This document shows positions 7,789 to 17,068 of a stretch of DNA of 64,000 bases, one piece after another. Under the pieces are notes generated by a model that was given only the letters and a program-made list of their open reading frames with translations, was not told the origin of the DNA and searched no databases. The position numbers were made by a program, and so were the translations under genes. Source of the DNA: Ilumatobacteraceae bacterium (GTDB lineage: Bacteria > Actinomycetota > Acidimicrobiia > Acidimicrobiales > Ilumatobacteraceae); contig JBIJCI010000001.1 in NCBI GenBank assembly GCA_044344715.1, positions 13,713 to 77,712 on the forward strand, written 5' to 3'. Within the stretch, counting starts at the first letter, position 1. Each line of letters begins with the position of its first letter.

Positions 7789-9033
7789 CTATGCCGGCCG
7801 TCGCAGGAGCTGCTGGCGGAGATAGTTGAGCGACGAGATCACCGAGAGTTCGCGCATCATCCGTCGCTCACCGGGCATCATGGCGGTGGTGGACACCACC
7901 TCGCCACCGGGAAGTGCAACTGCCATGCACAACGTTCCGACCTTCTGGCCGTCCTGCTCGGCGGGTCCGGCCACACCGGTGAGGGCGAGACCGACGTCGG
8001 CACCCACCACCCGACGGACCGACGCAGCCATCGTGCGGGCGGTGGTTTCGTTGACCACCGGTCCCCGTACGACATCCAGCACGTCGAACTTCACGTCGCT
8101 CGAATAGGCGACCACGCCGCCGCGCACGACGTCGCTCGAGCCGGGCGTTGCGGTGAGACGACCCGCCACGAGCCCACCCGTGACGCTCTCGGCGATGCCG
8201 ATGGTGAGCCCCCGCGCGCGCAGCAGGTCGAGTACGACGGATTCCATCGTGTCGTCGTCGACCCCGAACACCACGTCGCCGACGTGCTCGCGGACCCGAG
8301 CCTCCCACACGTCGAGCAGCGATGTCACCTCCGCCGCCGAGGCAGCCTTGGCGGTGAGTCGCACCTTGATTCCTTCCCAACCGCTGGCGAGGAAGGCGAG
8401 CGTGGGATTCCCCACCCGGTCCAGCTCGTCGATCAAGCCCTGCAGCCGCTCGTTGAGGCCGCTCTCACTGTCGCCCCAGGTGCGCAGCACGCGGGACGCG
8501 ATCGCGGTGCGTTCACCGGATCGCGCCAGGAGGTCGGGCAGGACGGCACGTTCGAACATCTCGTACAACTCCCACGGCACACCCGGAACCGCGTACATCA
8601 CCTTGTTGCCGACCGGACAGACGAGCCCCGGCGCGGTTCCGCGCGTCTGTTCAATGACCGAAGCACCCCGGGGCACCATCGCCTGTCGCAGGTTGTTGTC
8701 GCTCATCCGCCGACCACGGCTGGCGAACATTCGGGCGATGCGATCGGCAACTACGTCGTCCAACTCGAGCGTGGTCCCCATCACCTCGGCCAGTGCCTCG
8801 CGGGTGATGTCGTCGTGCGTCGGACCGAGGCCCCCGCAGACGATCACGGCATCGGCATCGTTGAGCGCGGTCCGGAAGGATTGCACGATCCGCCCGAGGT
8901 TGTCGCCGACCTTGATCTGCAGGCACGAGTCGATTCCTGCGGCAGCCAGCTGCTCGCCCAGCCAGGACGAGTTGGTATCCACGATCTGACCGAGCAGGAG
9001 TTCGGTACCGACCGCCACCACGTCACACCGCAC
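7789..9033 (-). CDS. cinA: CinA family protein (molybdopterin-binding domain plus nicotinamide-nucleotide amidohydrolase PncC domain)
   Basis: VVAVGTELLLGQIVDTNSSWL at the N-terminus and TGGLVAGRLT in the C-terminal CinA/PncC domain. The start is ambiguous (GTG at 9033 or 9021, or the ORF start at 9063). I chose 9033 for the typical N-terminal spacing. Confidence 0.85.
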   Translation of the reverse strand: MRCDVVAVGTELLLGQIVDTNSSWLGEQLAAAGIDSCLQIKVGDNLGRIVQSFRTALNDADAVIVCGGLGPTHDDITREALAEVMGTTLELDDVVADRIARMFASRGRRMSDNNLRQAMVPRGASVIEQTRGTAPGLVCPVGNKVMYAVPGVPWELYEMFERAVLPDLLARSGERTAIASRVLRTWGDSESGLNERLQGLIDELDRVGNPTLAFLASGWEGIKVRLTAKAASAAEVTSLLDVWEARVREHVGDVVFGVDDDTMESVVLDLLRARGLTIGIAESVTGGLVAGRLTATPGSSDVVRGGVVAYSSDVKFDVLDVVRGPVVNETTARTMAASVRRVVGADVGLALTGVAGPAEQDGQKVGTLCMAVALPGGEVVSTTAMMPGERRMMRELSVISSLNYLRQQLLRRPA

Positions 9034-9583
9034 CGGTCGCACCTCCCCGTGGGGCGATCGCACGCCAGGCGTACTGGGCGCCGGAGAGGAGCGTGAGCCC
9101 CACCGCCGACCAGAGCAACGTCAACCACAGCCAGCGCTCGTCGAAGGTGAGGGGCATCAGCGCACCGGCCACCGCAAGCTGCTGGCTGAGCGTCTTCACC
9201 TTGGCGGTACGACTCGCCGGCATGGACACGCCCTTGGCGCCGACGACCACCCGGTAGACGCTGACGACCACCTCGCGCACCGCGATGATGATCACCGGCA
9301 ACAGCCAGAAAACACCGCGCGACACCAGCGTGAACATCGCACCGAGGACGAGTACCTTGTCAGCGAGCGGGTCGAGGAATGCCCCGCTGCGCGTGATCCC
9401 GTGGCGACGGGCCAGGTAGCCGTCGAATCCGTCGCTCACACAGAGCAGGAACCACATCCCGAGCGCCACCCACGACCCACCGGGCTCGACCGGGATCATC
9501 GCGAAGAGCAAGGGGGACACGAGGATCCGTCCGACCGTCACGGCGTTGGCCCAGGTGATGAGGGCGTTCGGGTCAACCGGCAT
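9023..9583 (-). CDS. pgsA: CDP-diacylglycerol--glycerol-3-phosphate 3-phosphatidyltransferase
   Basis: CDP-alcohol phosphatidyltransferase motif DGFDGYLARRHG...GAFLDPLADK in a multi-TM protein. The internal ATG at 9583 avoids a long overlap with rimO. Confidence 0.85.
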   Translation of the reverse strand: MPVDPNALITWANAVTVGRILVSPLLFAMIPVEPGGSWVALGMWFLLCVSDGFDGYLARRHGITRSGAFLDPLADKVLVLGAMFTLVSRGVFWLLPVIIIAVREVVVSVYRVVVGAKGVSMPASRTAKVKTLSQQLAVAGALMPLTFDERWLWLTLLWSAVGLTLLSGAQYAWRAIAPRGGATGAV

Positions 9584-10850
9584 GTTCCGCCCCCAGCGCC
9601 ACCAGGTCCGGACCTTGCGCATCGACGATACGCACGTCAACGAAGCTCCCAACCTCGTGCGACGTCGGTATGCGGATGACGCCGTCGATCTGCGGCGCCT
9701 CGCGATGACTGCGCCCGACGCCGGGCTCGTCGACCAACACCTCGACGACGGTGTCGATCAGTTCGTCGCGCTTGGCGGCCGTGATCGCATCCTGTTCGGC
9801 GCGCAGTTCGGCGATGCGCTCGCGCATCAGTGCTGCGGGTACCTGGTCGGGGAGACCGACGGCGTACGTTCCCTCCTCCGGGCTGTACTCGAAGAAACCG
9901 CACCAGTCGAGCGACGCATCCCGCACGAACGACAACAGCCGGTCGTGATCCTCCTCGGTTTCGCCCGGGTAGCCGACGATGAAGTTGCTCCGGAAGGCCG
10001 CCCGCGGATCGAGCGCCCGGATGTCGGCGATGCGAGCCGAGAAGCGGTCTCCGTCACCCCAGCGGCGCATGCGGCGCAGGTGGGGTTTGGATACGTGCTG
10101 CAGGGAGAGGTCGAAGTACGGCACGCCGGTGGCGATCATGGCGTGGATCAATTCGTCACTGAGGTCGCTCGGATAGAGATAAAGGAGTCGCGTGCGTGGC
10201 ACCTTTTCCGCGACACGACGCACCAATTCGACGATCGAACCGGCACCGAGTTCCTCGGGGCGATCCTTGCCGTAGCTGGCGAGATCCTGTGCGACGAGCA
10301 CGATCTCCTTGGCCCGGAGTTCGTCAACCTCACGGAGGATGTCCGCGACGTCGCGGCTGCGCTGCGGTCCGCGGAACGACGGGATGGCACAGAACCCGCA
10401 GGTACGGTCGCAGCCCTCGGCGATCTTGACGTATGCCCAGGGCGTGCGGGAGGCGGGCCGGGGCAGGTTGAGGAGATCGAACGACGGCACCCGCTCGGCG
10501 GCGACCGTGAGCGACGGCTTCCTTCCGAGTTGGATCGGCACACCGAATCCGGCGATCTGGTCGGCTTCGGGGAGGTTGGCCCGCAGTTCGTCGCCGTACC
10601 GCTCGGCCATGCAACCCGTTACCACCAGGCGCGCACCGGGCTTCCGCCGTTCGCTGAGCGCGAGGATCGTGTCGACACTCTCCTTGCGCGCCTCCTCGAT
10701 GAAGGCACAGGTGTTGACGACCACCACATCGGCGAGAGATTCGTCGTCGGTGGGAGTGAGCCCCTCCGCGAGCAGCGTGCCGACGAGTTTCTCGGAGTCG
10801 ACCTCGTTCTTCGGACAGCCCAGCGTCTCGATGTAGAAGCGCGACGCCAC
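9573..10850 (-). CDS. rimO: Ribosomal protein S12 methylthiotransferase RimO (radical SAM MTTase)
   Basis: The N-terminal LGCPKNEVDSE (UPF0004 domain), the radical-SAM CDRTCGFCAIP motif and a C-terminal TRAM-like domain. Confidence 0.88.
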   Translation of the reverse strand: MASRFYIETLGCPKNEVDSEKLVGTLLAEGLTPTDDESLADVVVVNTCAFIEEARKESVDTILALSERRKPGARLVVTGCMAERYGDELRANLPEADQIAGFGVPIQLGRKPSLTVAAERVPSFDLLNLPRPASRTPWAYVKIAEGCDRTCGFCAIPSFRGPQRSRDVADILREVDELRAKEIVLVAQDLASYGKDRPEELGAGSIVELVRRVAEKVPRTRLLYLYPSDLSDELIHAMIATGVPYFDLSLQHVSKPHLRRMRRWGDGDRFSARIADIRALDPRAAFRSNFIVGYPGETEEDHDRLLSFVRDASLDWCGFFEYSPEEGTYAVGLPDQVPAALMRERIAELRAEQDAITAAKRDELIDTVVEVLVDEPGVGRSHREAPQIDGVIRIPTSHEVGSFVDVRIVDAQGPDLVALGAEHAG

Positions 10851-10871
10851 GCGTTCAGGCTACGAGAACGT

Positions 10872-11831
10872 TCAGCGGTGGAGGGCCAGACCTGCGCTTT
10901 CCCACGGAACGACCGCCACGTCCCCGAGGCCCGAGCGGGTGATGTACGCGGTATGCAGACCCGGGCCACCGAAGCACACGTTGGTGGTCATCACGTCCCC
11001 CGACTCCACGCGGCGAACGTGCCTGCCGTCGGGGCTGATCACGGTGATTCCCCCGACCGGTGCGATCGTCGCCACACAGACGTTGCCATCACCGTCGACG
11101 GCGAGGGAGTCGAGATACGCCAGGGTCGGCGACACCCAGAGCAGGTGGTGGGTATCGAACGGCGTCACCGGCTTCACCTCGCCGGGGGCAACGATCTCGC
11201 GAACCCAGACGCGCGCCGTGTGGGTCTCGGCGTAGTACAACTTCGTACCGTCCGGAGACAATCCGATTCCGTTCGGAGCCTCCGCCGGGAACACCACCTC
11301 GTTTATCGCCGAGCCGTCGAGTTTTGCGTAGTAGATCGCCGTGCGGTCGCCCTGACGTTCGTGACGGATTCCGTGGTCGGTGAAGTAGAAGCCGCCGTGG
11401 GCATCGAGGACGAGGTCGTTCGGACCGCGCAACGGGTGTCCGTCGCACGAGTCGTACAACCGGGTGACGGCTCCGGTGGTCGGATCGACGCGCTCGATGC
11501 GCCCGCCCGTATAGCGCGACGGATCGAACGGCCCCGGCAACAACAGTCCGCCGAGATCGATCGGGGTGAACGACCCTCCGTTGTTGCAGACGATCAGCGA
11601 GCCATCGGCGCACTCGGCGAGGCCGTTGGGGCCACCGGGCACCTCCGCAACCACCGAGGTCGCGCCATCCCGCGCGACGCGGGTGATCCGCTCCCCGAAC
11701 ATCTCGACGACGAGCAGCGAGCCGTCGGCACACCACACGGGACCCTCCGGAAACCTGAGACCCTTGCCGATCACGTCCACGAGCGAAGGGTAGTGCACCG
11801 GGCGGCTCAGCCGCCCTGCAGTTTCTCCCAC
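10872..11831 (-). CDS. SMP-30/gluconolactonase/LRE family beta-propeller protein
   Basis: FPEGPVW, GGPNG and repeated NGIGLSPDG-type blade motifs. The start is uncertain: ATG 11831 overlaps the ftsK stop, and GTG 11798 is an alternative. Confidence 0.75.
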   Translation of the reverse strand: MGETAGRLSRPVHYPSLVDVIGKGLRFPEGPVWCADGSLLVVEMFGERITRVARDGATSVVAEVPGGPNGLAECADGSLIVCNNGGSFTPIDLGGLLLPGPFDPSRYTGGRIERVDPTTGAVTRLYDSCDGHPLRGPNDLVLDAHGGFYFTDHGIRHERQGDRTAIYYAKLDGSAINEVVFPAEAPNGIGLSPDGTKLYYAETHTARVWVREIVAPGEVKPVTPFDTHHLLWVSPTLAYLDSLAVDGDGNVCVATIAPVGGITVISPDGRHVRRVESGDVMTTNVCFGGPGLHTAYITRSGLGDVAVVPWESAGLALHR

Positions 11832-14212
11832 TCCTCGAGCGTCATGAGCACCTCGCGGGGCTTCGAGCCTTCGCTCGGGCCGACGATGCCACGCTGTTCG
11901 AGGAGGTCCATGAGCCGTCCCGCGCGGGCGAATCCGACCTTCAACTTGCGCTGCAGCATGGACGTGGAGCCCAGTTGCGTTCGCACGATGAGGTCGATCG
12001 CGTGCTTCAACAACTCGTCGTCATCCTCGTCGCCCGTGGAACCACCCGGCAGATCGGCGGCAGCATCGCCCGTTCCCCCGCCCTCGATTCCCGACACGTA
12101 CGCAACCTCGGGGGCCTGGCGCTTCCAGTGCGACACGATGTTGCGCACCTCGTTCTCGCCGACCCAGGCTGACTGCACGCGCTGGGCGACACTGGTGTTG
12201 CCCGGGAGCATGAGCAGGTCGCCCTTGCCGACGAGCTTTTCCGCACCGGGTTGGTCGAGGATCACGCGACTATCGGTGAGGCTGGACACCGCGAAGGCCA
12301 TGCGTGCCGGAATGTTGGCCTTGATCACTCCGGTGATGACGTTGACGCTCGGTCGCTGCGTCGCCACGATCAGGTGGATACCGACGGCGCGGGCCTTCTG
12401 AGCGATTCGGGTGATGCACTCCTCCACGTCGCGCGCCGCCACCATCATCAGGTCGTTCAGCTCGTCCACCACGACCACGATGAACGGCATACGGTCGAAC
12501 TTCTTCGTCGCGGCGGCCGCGGTGTCGTCACCGGTGTTGAGCTCGCCGCGGTCGTACGCCGCGTTGTAGCCGGTGATGTCGCGGAAACCCGCCTCGACGA
12601 GCACGTCGTAGCGCCGCTCCATCTCCTTCACCGCCCACCCGAGCGCGTTGGCCGCCTTCTTGGGCACCGTGACGGGCTGGGTGAGGAGGTGCGGTAATCC
12701 GCCGTACTGCCCCATCTCGACCTGCTTGGGATCGATGAGGATGAGTCGCACCTGATCGGGCGTGGTGCGCATCAGCAACGTGGTGATGATGCAGTTGAGC
12801 ACGCTCGACTTGCCGGCACCGGTGGCACCCGCGATGAGCAGGTGCGGCGTGGTGGAGATGTTGAGGAACACCGGCCGTCCGGCGATGTCCTTGCCGACGC
12901 CCACCTCGAGCGGGTGCTGCGCCGACTTCGACTCGGGTGCAGCGAGCAGGTCGCCGAGGGACACGAGATCGCGGGCGTCGTTCGGCACCTCGATACCGAT
13001 CGCCGAGCGTCCCGGGATCGGCGCGAGGATTCGCACGTCAATCGCCGCCATCGCATACGCGATGTCCTTCGACAGCGAGGTGAGCCGGGCAACCTTCACC
13101 CCCTCCCCGAGTTCGAGCTCGTAGCGCGTGACGGTCGGCCCACGGGTGAACCCGACGAGCTTGGTGTCGACGCCGTGCGAGGCGAGTGCCGAAACGAGTG
13201 CCTCCCCGCGCTTGGCGACCGCATCCTCGTTGGCCCGCTTGTTGCTGGTGAGGGCGAGCAGATCGAGCGGAGGCAGCGACCACGAGGAGGGTTGGGCACC
13301 CGGACCCAACGGCATCTCTTGTTGTTCGCCGCGTACCGGCTTGGCACCGGGATCGGGCTTCGGCTTGACGACGCGAAGTCGTGGCTTTCGCTTGCGTGGC
13401 TGCGCCTCTGGCTCGGCGTCCCGGGCGTCGGCATCGGTATCGGCGTCGGCAAAGTCGCCGTCGACGCTGTGGTCGTAGACGTCGTCGCGCCCACGGGCCT
13501 CCTCGTGCTCGCGGCGCGCCGTGTCGAGGTCGTCGACTCCAGCCACGACACCGGTGTCGTGCTCCACGTCGTACGGCTCGGCTCCTCCCTCGCGGTAACC
13601 GCGAGCCGCATCGTCCAACCGCTTGACGAGCGCACGTGCCGATTTCGCCAGGTCGGGCAGCGACTTGCCGGTTGCCAGCATCAAGCCCAGCACGATGGTG
13701 GGGGCGAGAATCACCATGGCGCCGACCGGCGAGAGCGACGACTCGAGCGGCTCGCCCACCAGCCAGCCGAGCCAGCCGCCCGCGCTCTCGAGGGCACCGA
13801 GCGATACCTGCATGTCGTTTGCGGCAAGGAAGACGTGCAGGACGCCGAGCAATGCCACCGACACGACCAACCACCCGAAGGTGAGCCGAACGCGATGCTC
13901 GATGCTCACGCGCTTGAGCAGCGCCACCCCGAGACCGAGGCACACGACCGGCAGTGCGAACCGGCCGAGGCCCACCGTCCAGCGCAACCCGGTATCGACC
14001 CCACGCCCCACCGGACCGGCGACGCTCACGTACACCGACAACGACATGAGGACGCCGACGACGACGAAGAGCATCCCGAGCAACTCCCCCGCCCGTTCGG
14101 CGAGGATCGGTCTCAGGACCGGGTCGCCCTGCACCACCCGGAACGACACCGAGGGGTCGACCTCGTCGTGGGTACGAGGTGCAACGCTGCGTTTACGGGC
14201 CTTTTCGGGCAT
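11807..14212 (-). CDS. ftsK: DNA translocase FtsK
   Basis: 801 aa with N-terminal TM segments, an acidic/Pro-rich linker, the motor domain with Walker A GATGAGKS, and the C-terminal gamma winged-helix domain (LQRKLKVGFARAGRLMDLLE). Confidence 0.95.
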   Translation of the reverse strand: MPEKARKRSVAPRTHDEVDPSVSFRVVQGDPVLRPILAERAGELLGMLFVVVGVLMSLSVYVSVAGPVGRGVDTGLRWTVGLGRFALPVVCLGLGVALLKRVSIEHRVRLTFGWLVVSVALLGVLHVFLAANDMQVSLGALESAGGWLGWLVGEPLESSLSPVGAMVILAPTIVLGLMLATGKSLPDLAKSARALVKRLDDAARGYREGGAEPYDVEHDTGVVAGVDDLDTARREHEEARGRDDVYDHSVDGDFADADTDADARDAEPEAQPRKRKPRLRVVKPKPDPGAKPVRGEQQEMPLGPGAQPSSWSLPPLDLLALTSNKRANEDAVAKRGEALVSALASHGVDTKLVGFTRGPTVTRYELELGEGVKVARLTSLSKDIAYAMAAIDVRILAPIPGRSAIGIEVPNDARDLVSLGDLLAAPESKSAQHPLEVGVGKDIAGRPVFLNISTTPHLLIAGATGAGKSSVLNCIITTLLMRTTPDQVRLILIDPKQVEMGQYGGLPHLLTQPVTVPKKAANALGWAVKEMERRYDVLVEAGFRDITGYNAAYDRGELNTGDDTAAAATKKFDRMPFIVVVVDELNDLMMVAARDVEECITRIAQKARAVGIHLIVATQRPSVNVITGVIKANIPARMAFAVSSLTDSRVILDQPGAEKLVGKGDLLMLPGNTSVAQRVQSAWVGENEVRNIVSHWKRQAPEVAYVSGIEGGGTGDAAADLPGGSTGDEDDDELLKHAIDLIVRTQLGSTSMLQRKLKVGFARAGRLMDLLEQRGIVGPSEGSKPREVLMTLEEWEKLQGG

Positions 14213-14257
14213 GGATACACGGTAGTTATCGGGTGCGTGTCGCTGGTGGACGCTCGC

Positions 14258-14884
14258 TCAGACGTCGCGGGTGAGGCGCGGCAATCGCAGCGACCAGCGA
14301 ACTGCAACGGCACGCACCGCAACGACCGCCGTCAGCGGCACCCACAATTCGGCGATTGCTCCGGCATCACCCTCGACGAGCAACACGTGCACCAGCGCCC
14401 CGATGAGACCCGCCACTGCGTAGATCTCACCAACGAAGACGATCGGTGTGCGTCGTGCGAACACGTCGCGCAACACTCCCCCGCCCACACCGGTGATTAC
14501 ACCCATGAAGGCCGCGATGAAGTTGGAGGTACCCGACTCGAGGGCGATCGACGTTCCGACGACGACGAACGCCCCCAAACCCACCGCGTCGCTGGCGACA
14601 TACCATGCCGCGCGGCGCGGGTCGATGGTGGGTCGGGCACGCAGCACCAGGATCGCTGCGGCCGCGCTGGCCAGCGCCACCACGAGCGGCCACTCGTCGG
14701 CGATCCAGAACACCTCGTTGTCGATCAGCAGGTCGCGGATCGTGCCACCACCGATTGCCGCCACTGCGGCGAGAACGATGCCGCCCAGCCAATCCATTCG
14801 GGCCTCGGTCGCCGCCATCACGCCTGAGAGCGAAAAGGCAATGGTGCCGATGACCGACACCAGCAGGATGGCGTCGCCGGACAC
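14258..14884 (-). CDS. Trimeric intracellular cation channel family protein (UPF0126/YadS-type)
   Basis: Two repeats each carrying the GGG(T/V)(I/L)RD motif (GGGTIRDLL, GGGVLRDVF) in a 7-TM protein. GTG 14884 is preferred as the start because it follows the antiporter stop. Confidence 0.75.
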   Translation of the reverse strand: MSGDAILLVSVIGTIAFSLSGVMAATEARMDWLGGIVLAAVAAIGGGTIRDLLIDNEVFWIADEWPLVVALASAAAAILVLRARPTIDPRRAAWYVASDAVGLGAFVVVGTSIALESGTSNFIAAFMGVITGVGGGVLRDVFARRTPIVFVGEIYAVAGLIGALVHVLLVEGDAGAIAELWVPLTAVVAVRAVAVRWSLRLPRLTRDV

Positions 14885-14889
14885 CAGTG

Positions 14890-15990
14890 TTACGCGCGTT
14901 GTGCGGCGCGGTGCTTGCGCCAACCCTGGAATCCGGCGGCTCCGTACACCAGCATCACGAGCGGCACGATGATCAGCATCGCGGTTCGGAAGAGCTCGGG
15001 TGCCGTACTGTCACCTGCCTCCATGATGAGGTACGCCACGTAGGCAACGTAGAACACCACGAGCAAGGATCCTTCCCACTTCTTGATCATGAAGCCGTTC
15101 CAACAGATCGGCAACAACACGATCGTTGCGGCGAGCATGACCGGGAAGTCGAGTCGAATCACCTCACTGTTGACCGCCACCCCGTTCGACGACACCGCGG
15201 CGGACGCGCCGAGCACGGCGAGCAGGTTGAAGATGTTGGAGCCGACCACGTTGCCGACCGCGATGTCGCGCTGGCCGCGGATCGCCGCCAACACCGACGT
15301 GGCGAGTTCGGGCAACGAGGTGCCGGCGGCAACCACGGTGAGGCCGATGACGAGGTCGCTGACGCCCAGAGCCGACGCAATTTCCGTCGCGGAATTTACG
15401 AGTAGCTGCGAGCCCAGCACCAGGAGTGCGAGGCCGACGATGATTAGGCCGACTTGGAAGGTGACCGACTGCCTGAACGTGGAGCCTTCGACACGCTCGA
15501 CTGCGTCCTCGTATTCGGCCTGCACTGCGGGTGACTCGCCCTTCAGCGCACCCCGGAGCAACCAGCCGGTGTAGACGATGATTCCGACGAAGAGCGCGAC
15601 GCCCTCGCGTCGGCTGACCATGTCGTTGAGGATCAGCCCGTACGTTGCCAGCGAGACGAGGATGAGTACGGGAATGTCGAACTTGAGGAGGCGTTGCTCG
15701 ATCGACAGCCCGCTGATCGCGGCGGAGAGACCAAGGATAAACAGGATGTTGAAGGAGTTGCTTCCGACCACGTTGCCGAGCGCCACGTCGGCACTGCCGG
15801 AGAGGGCCCCACTGACCGATACCGCCATCTCCGGGGCACTCGTCCCGAACGCCACCACGGTAAGGCCGACCACGATCGGGGCCACACCCAACTTGGTTGC
15901 CACCGACGACGCGCCACGCACGAGCCATTCGGCACCGAAGACCAGGCAGATGAGACCGACGACCAGCCAGACGAACGTCAAGAAATCCAT
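14890..15990 (-). CDS. Calcium/sodium (CaCA family, YrbG-like) antiporter
   Basis: 366 aa with two alpha-repeat regions (GTSAPE..., GTSLPELATS) and GNVVGSN motifs in each half. Confidence 0.85.
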   Translation of the reverse strand: MDFLTFVWLVVGLICLVFGAEWLVRGASSVATKLGVAPIVVGLTVVAFGTSAPEMAVSVSGALSGSADVALGNVVGSNSFNILFILGLSAAISGLSIEQRLLKFDIPVLILVSLATYGLILNDMVSRREGVALFVGIIVYTGWLLRGALKGESPAVQAEYEDAVERVEGSTFRQSVTFQVGLIIVGLALLVLGSQLLVNSATEIASALGVSDLVIGLTVVAAGTSLPELATSVLAAIRGQRDIAVGNVVGSNIFNLLAVLGASAAVSSNGVAVNSEVIRLDFPVMLAATIVLLPICWNGFMIKKWEGSLLVVFYVAYVAYLIMEAGDSTAPELFRTAMLIIVPLVMLVYGAAGFQGWRKHRAAQRA

Positions 15991-15999
15991 TCAGTGATG

Positions 16000-16293
16000 C
16001 TACTTGCCGCCGACCGCGCGACCGAGCATGTGCGCGCCGATCGGAGCCGTCACGAGCTGCAGCACGATGACGACCGCTATCTTCGTCACGTCACTCGCGG
16101 ATCCGACCTGCAACGCTGCACCGACTCCGCACAACAACGCACCCAGCGTGGCGGGCTTCGTGGTGGCATGCATCCGCGCCCGCGTGGACGAGAGACGGAA
16201 GAGCCCCACCGACGCGATGAGTGCCAGCAACGAGCCCGAGATCATGAGGACACCCGACACGACGTCGCGAACGGTCCCCAACAGGCCGCTCAT
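16000..16293 (-). CDS. mrpG: Monovalent cation/H+ antiporter subunit G
   Basis: The internal ATG at 16293 gives MSGLLGTVRDVVSGVLMISGSLLALIASVGLFRL, the typical MnhG N-terminus. There is a 4-nt ATGA overlap with mrpF. Confidence 0.85.
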   Translation of the reverse strand: MSGLLGTVRDVVSGVLMISGSLLALIASVGLFRLSSTRARMHATTKPATLGALLCGVGAALQVGSASDVTKIAVVIVLQLVTAPIGAHMLGRAVGGK

Positions 16294-16559
16294 GATTCCT
16301 CCCCCGACGCTGCCTCGATGAACCGGGCGATGGTGAGTGATGCGACGAATCCGAGCAGGCCGAGCACCACCGCCACGTCGAGGTTCAACACCTCGCGCCA
16401 GACACCCGCCCCGACGAGGAGACCGCACGTCAACACCGAGGTGAGCATGTCGAAGGCGACGGCACGGTCACCGAGGTCCGACCGCCTGACGATGCTCGCC
16501 ACGCCCACGACGGCAGCGACCGCGAGGATCGAGAGCGAGACGTACGCGACGACGTTCAT
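16290..16559 (-). CDS. mrpF: Monovalent cation/H+ antiporter subunit F
   Basis: An 89-aa 3-TM protein positioned between the E and G subunits, with overlapping stop and start codons. Confidence 0.8.
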   Translation of the reverse strand: MNVVAYVSLSILAVAAVVGVASIVRRSDLGDRAVAFDMLTSVLTCGLLVGAGVWREVLNLDVAVVLGLLGFVASLTIARFIEAASGEES

Positions 16560-17068
16560 TGCGCGGCACCCCCGTCATCGAGCGAAACGAAGGCACCGTC
16601 GACCAGGCGTTCCAGCTTCAGCACGTCGGCGCGGAAGGTTCCCGGATCGACCTCGCCGAGAACGTGCACCGAGAGCGCGACGGCCGACCGGTCGATGTCG
16701 AGCGTCATGGTGCCGGGGGTCAGGGTGATCGCGTTGCCGACGATTGCCGCAACGAATGCCGAGCCGCGCTCGAGCTGCACGGAGTGCACCGAGGTGACGG
16801 TCCGCTTCGACGTCGGTGCGACCACGGCGAGGGCAACGCGGAGACTGGACGTGACCAGGCTGTAGAGCACGAACGCGAGCAGCTTCAGTGCACCCCACGG
16901 GCGTAGCGAGTACCGGGACAGGCGTTGGTGGGAGAACGACCATGAGACCAGCGGAACGACGACGGCCCCGCTCATCAGATTGGCCACCGACCATTCGCCC
17001 CACAACAGGATCCAGAATCCGAACAAGGCAATCGAGCGGGGCACCACGGCGAACGACGGAACGGTCAC
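16556..17068 (-). CDS. mrpE: Monovalent cation/H+ antiporter subunit E
   Basis: 170 aa. The N-terminal TM pair followed by a soluble domain, and the operon position, fit MnhE. Confidence 0.75.
   Translation of the reverse strand: MTVPSFAVVPRSIALFGFWILLWGEWSVANLMSGAVVVPLVSWSFSHQRLSRYSLRPWGALKLLAFVLYSLVTSSLRVALAVVAPTSKRTVTSVHSVQLERGSAFVAAIVGNAITLTPGTMTLDIDRSAVALSVHVLGEVDPGTFRADVLKLERLVDGAFVSLDDGGAAQ

Noticed and set aside
9546-12401. A 951-aa plus-strand ORF spanning rimO, the SMP-30-family gene and ftsK on the opposite strand.
   Set aside because: It is a shadow ORF typical of high-GC DNA. The translation is Arg/Gly/Pro/Asp-rich with no recognisable domain, while the opposite strand encodes three proteins with clear family motifs.
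13380-13480. A quasi-repetitive gcgtcggcatcggtatcggcgtcggc stretch that might be a tandem repeat or CRISPR-like element.
   Set aside because: It lies inside the ftsK linker and encodes the acidic low-complexity segment DADTDADARDAE. It has no regular repeat-spacer architecture.
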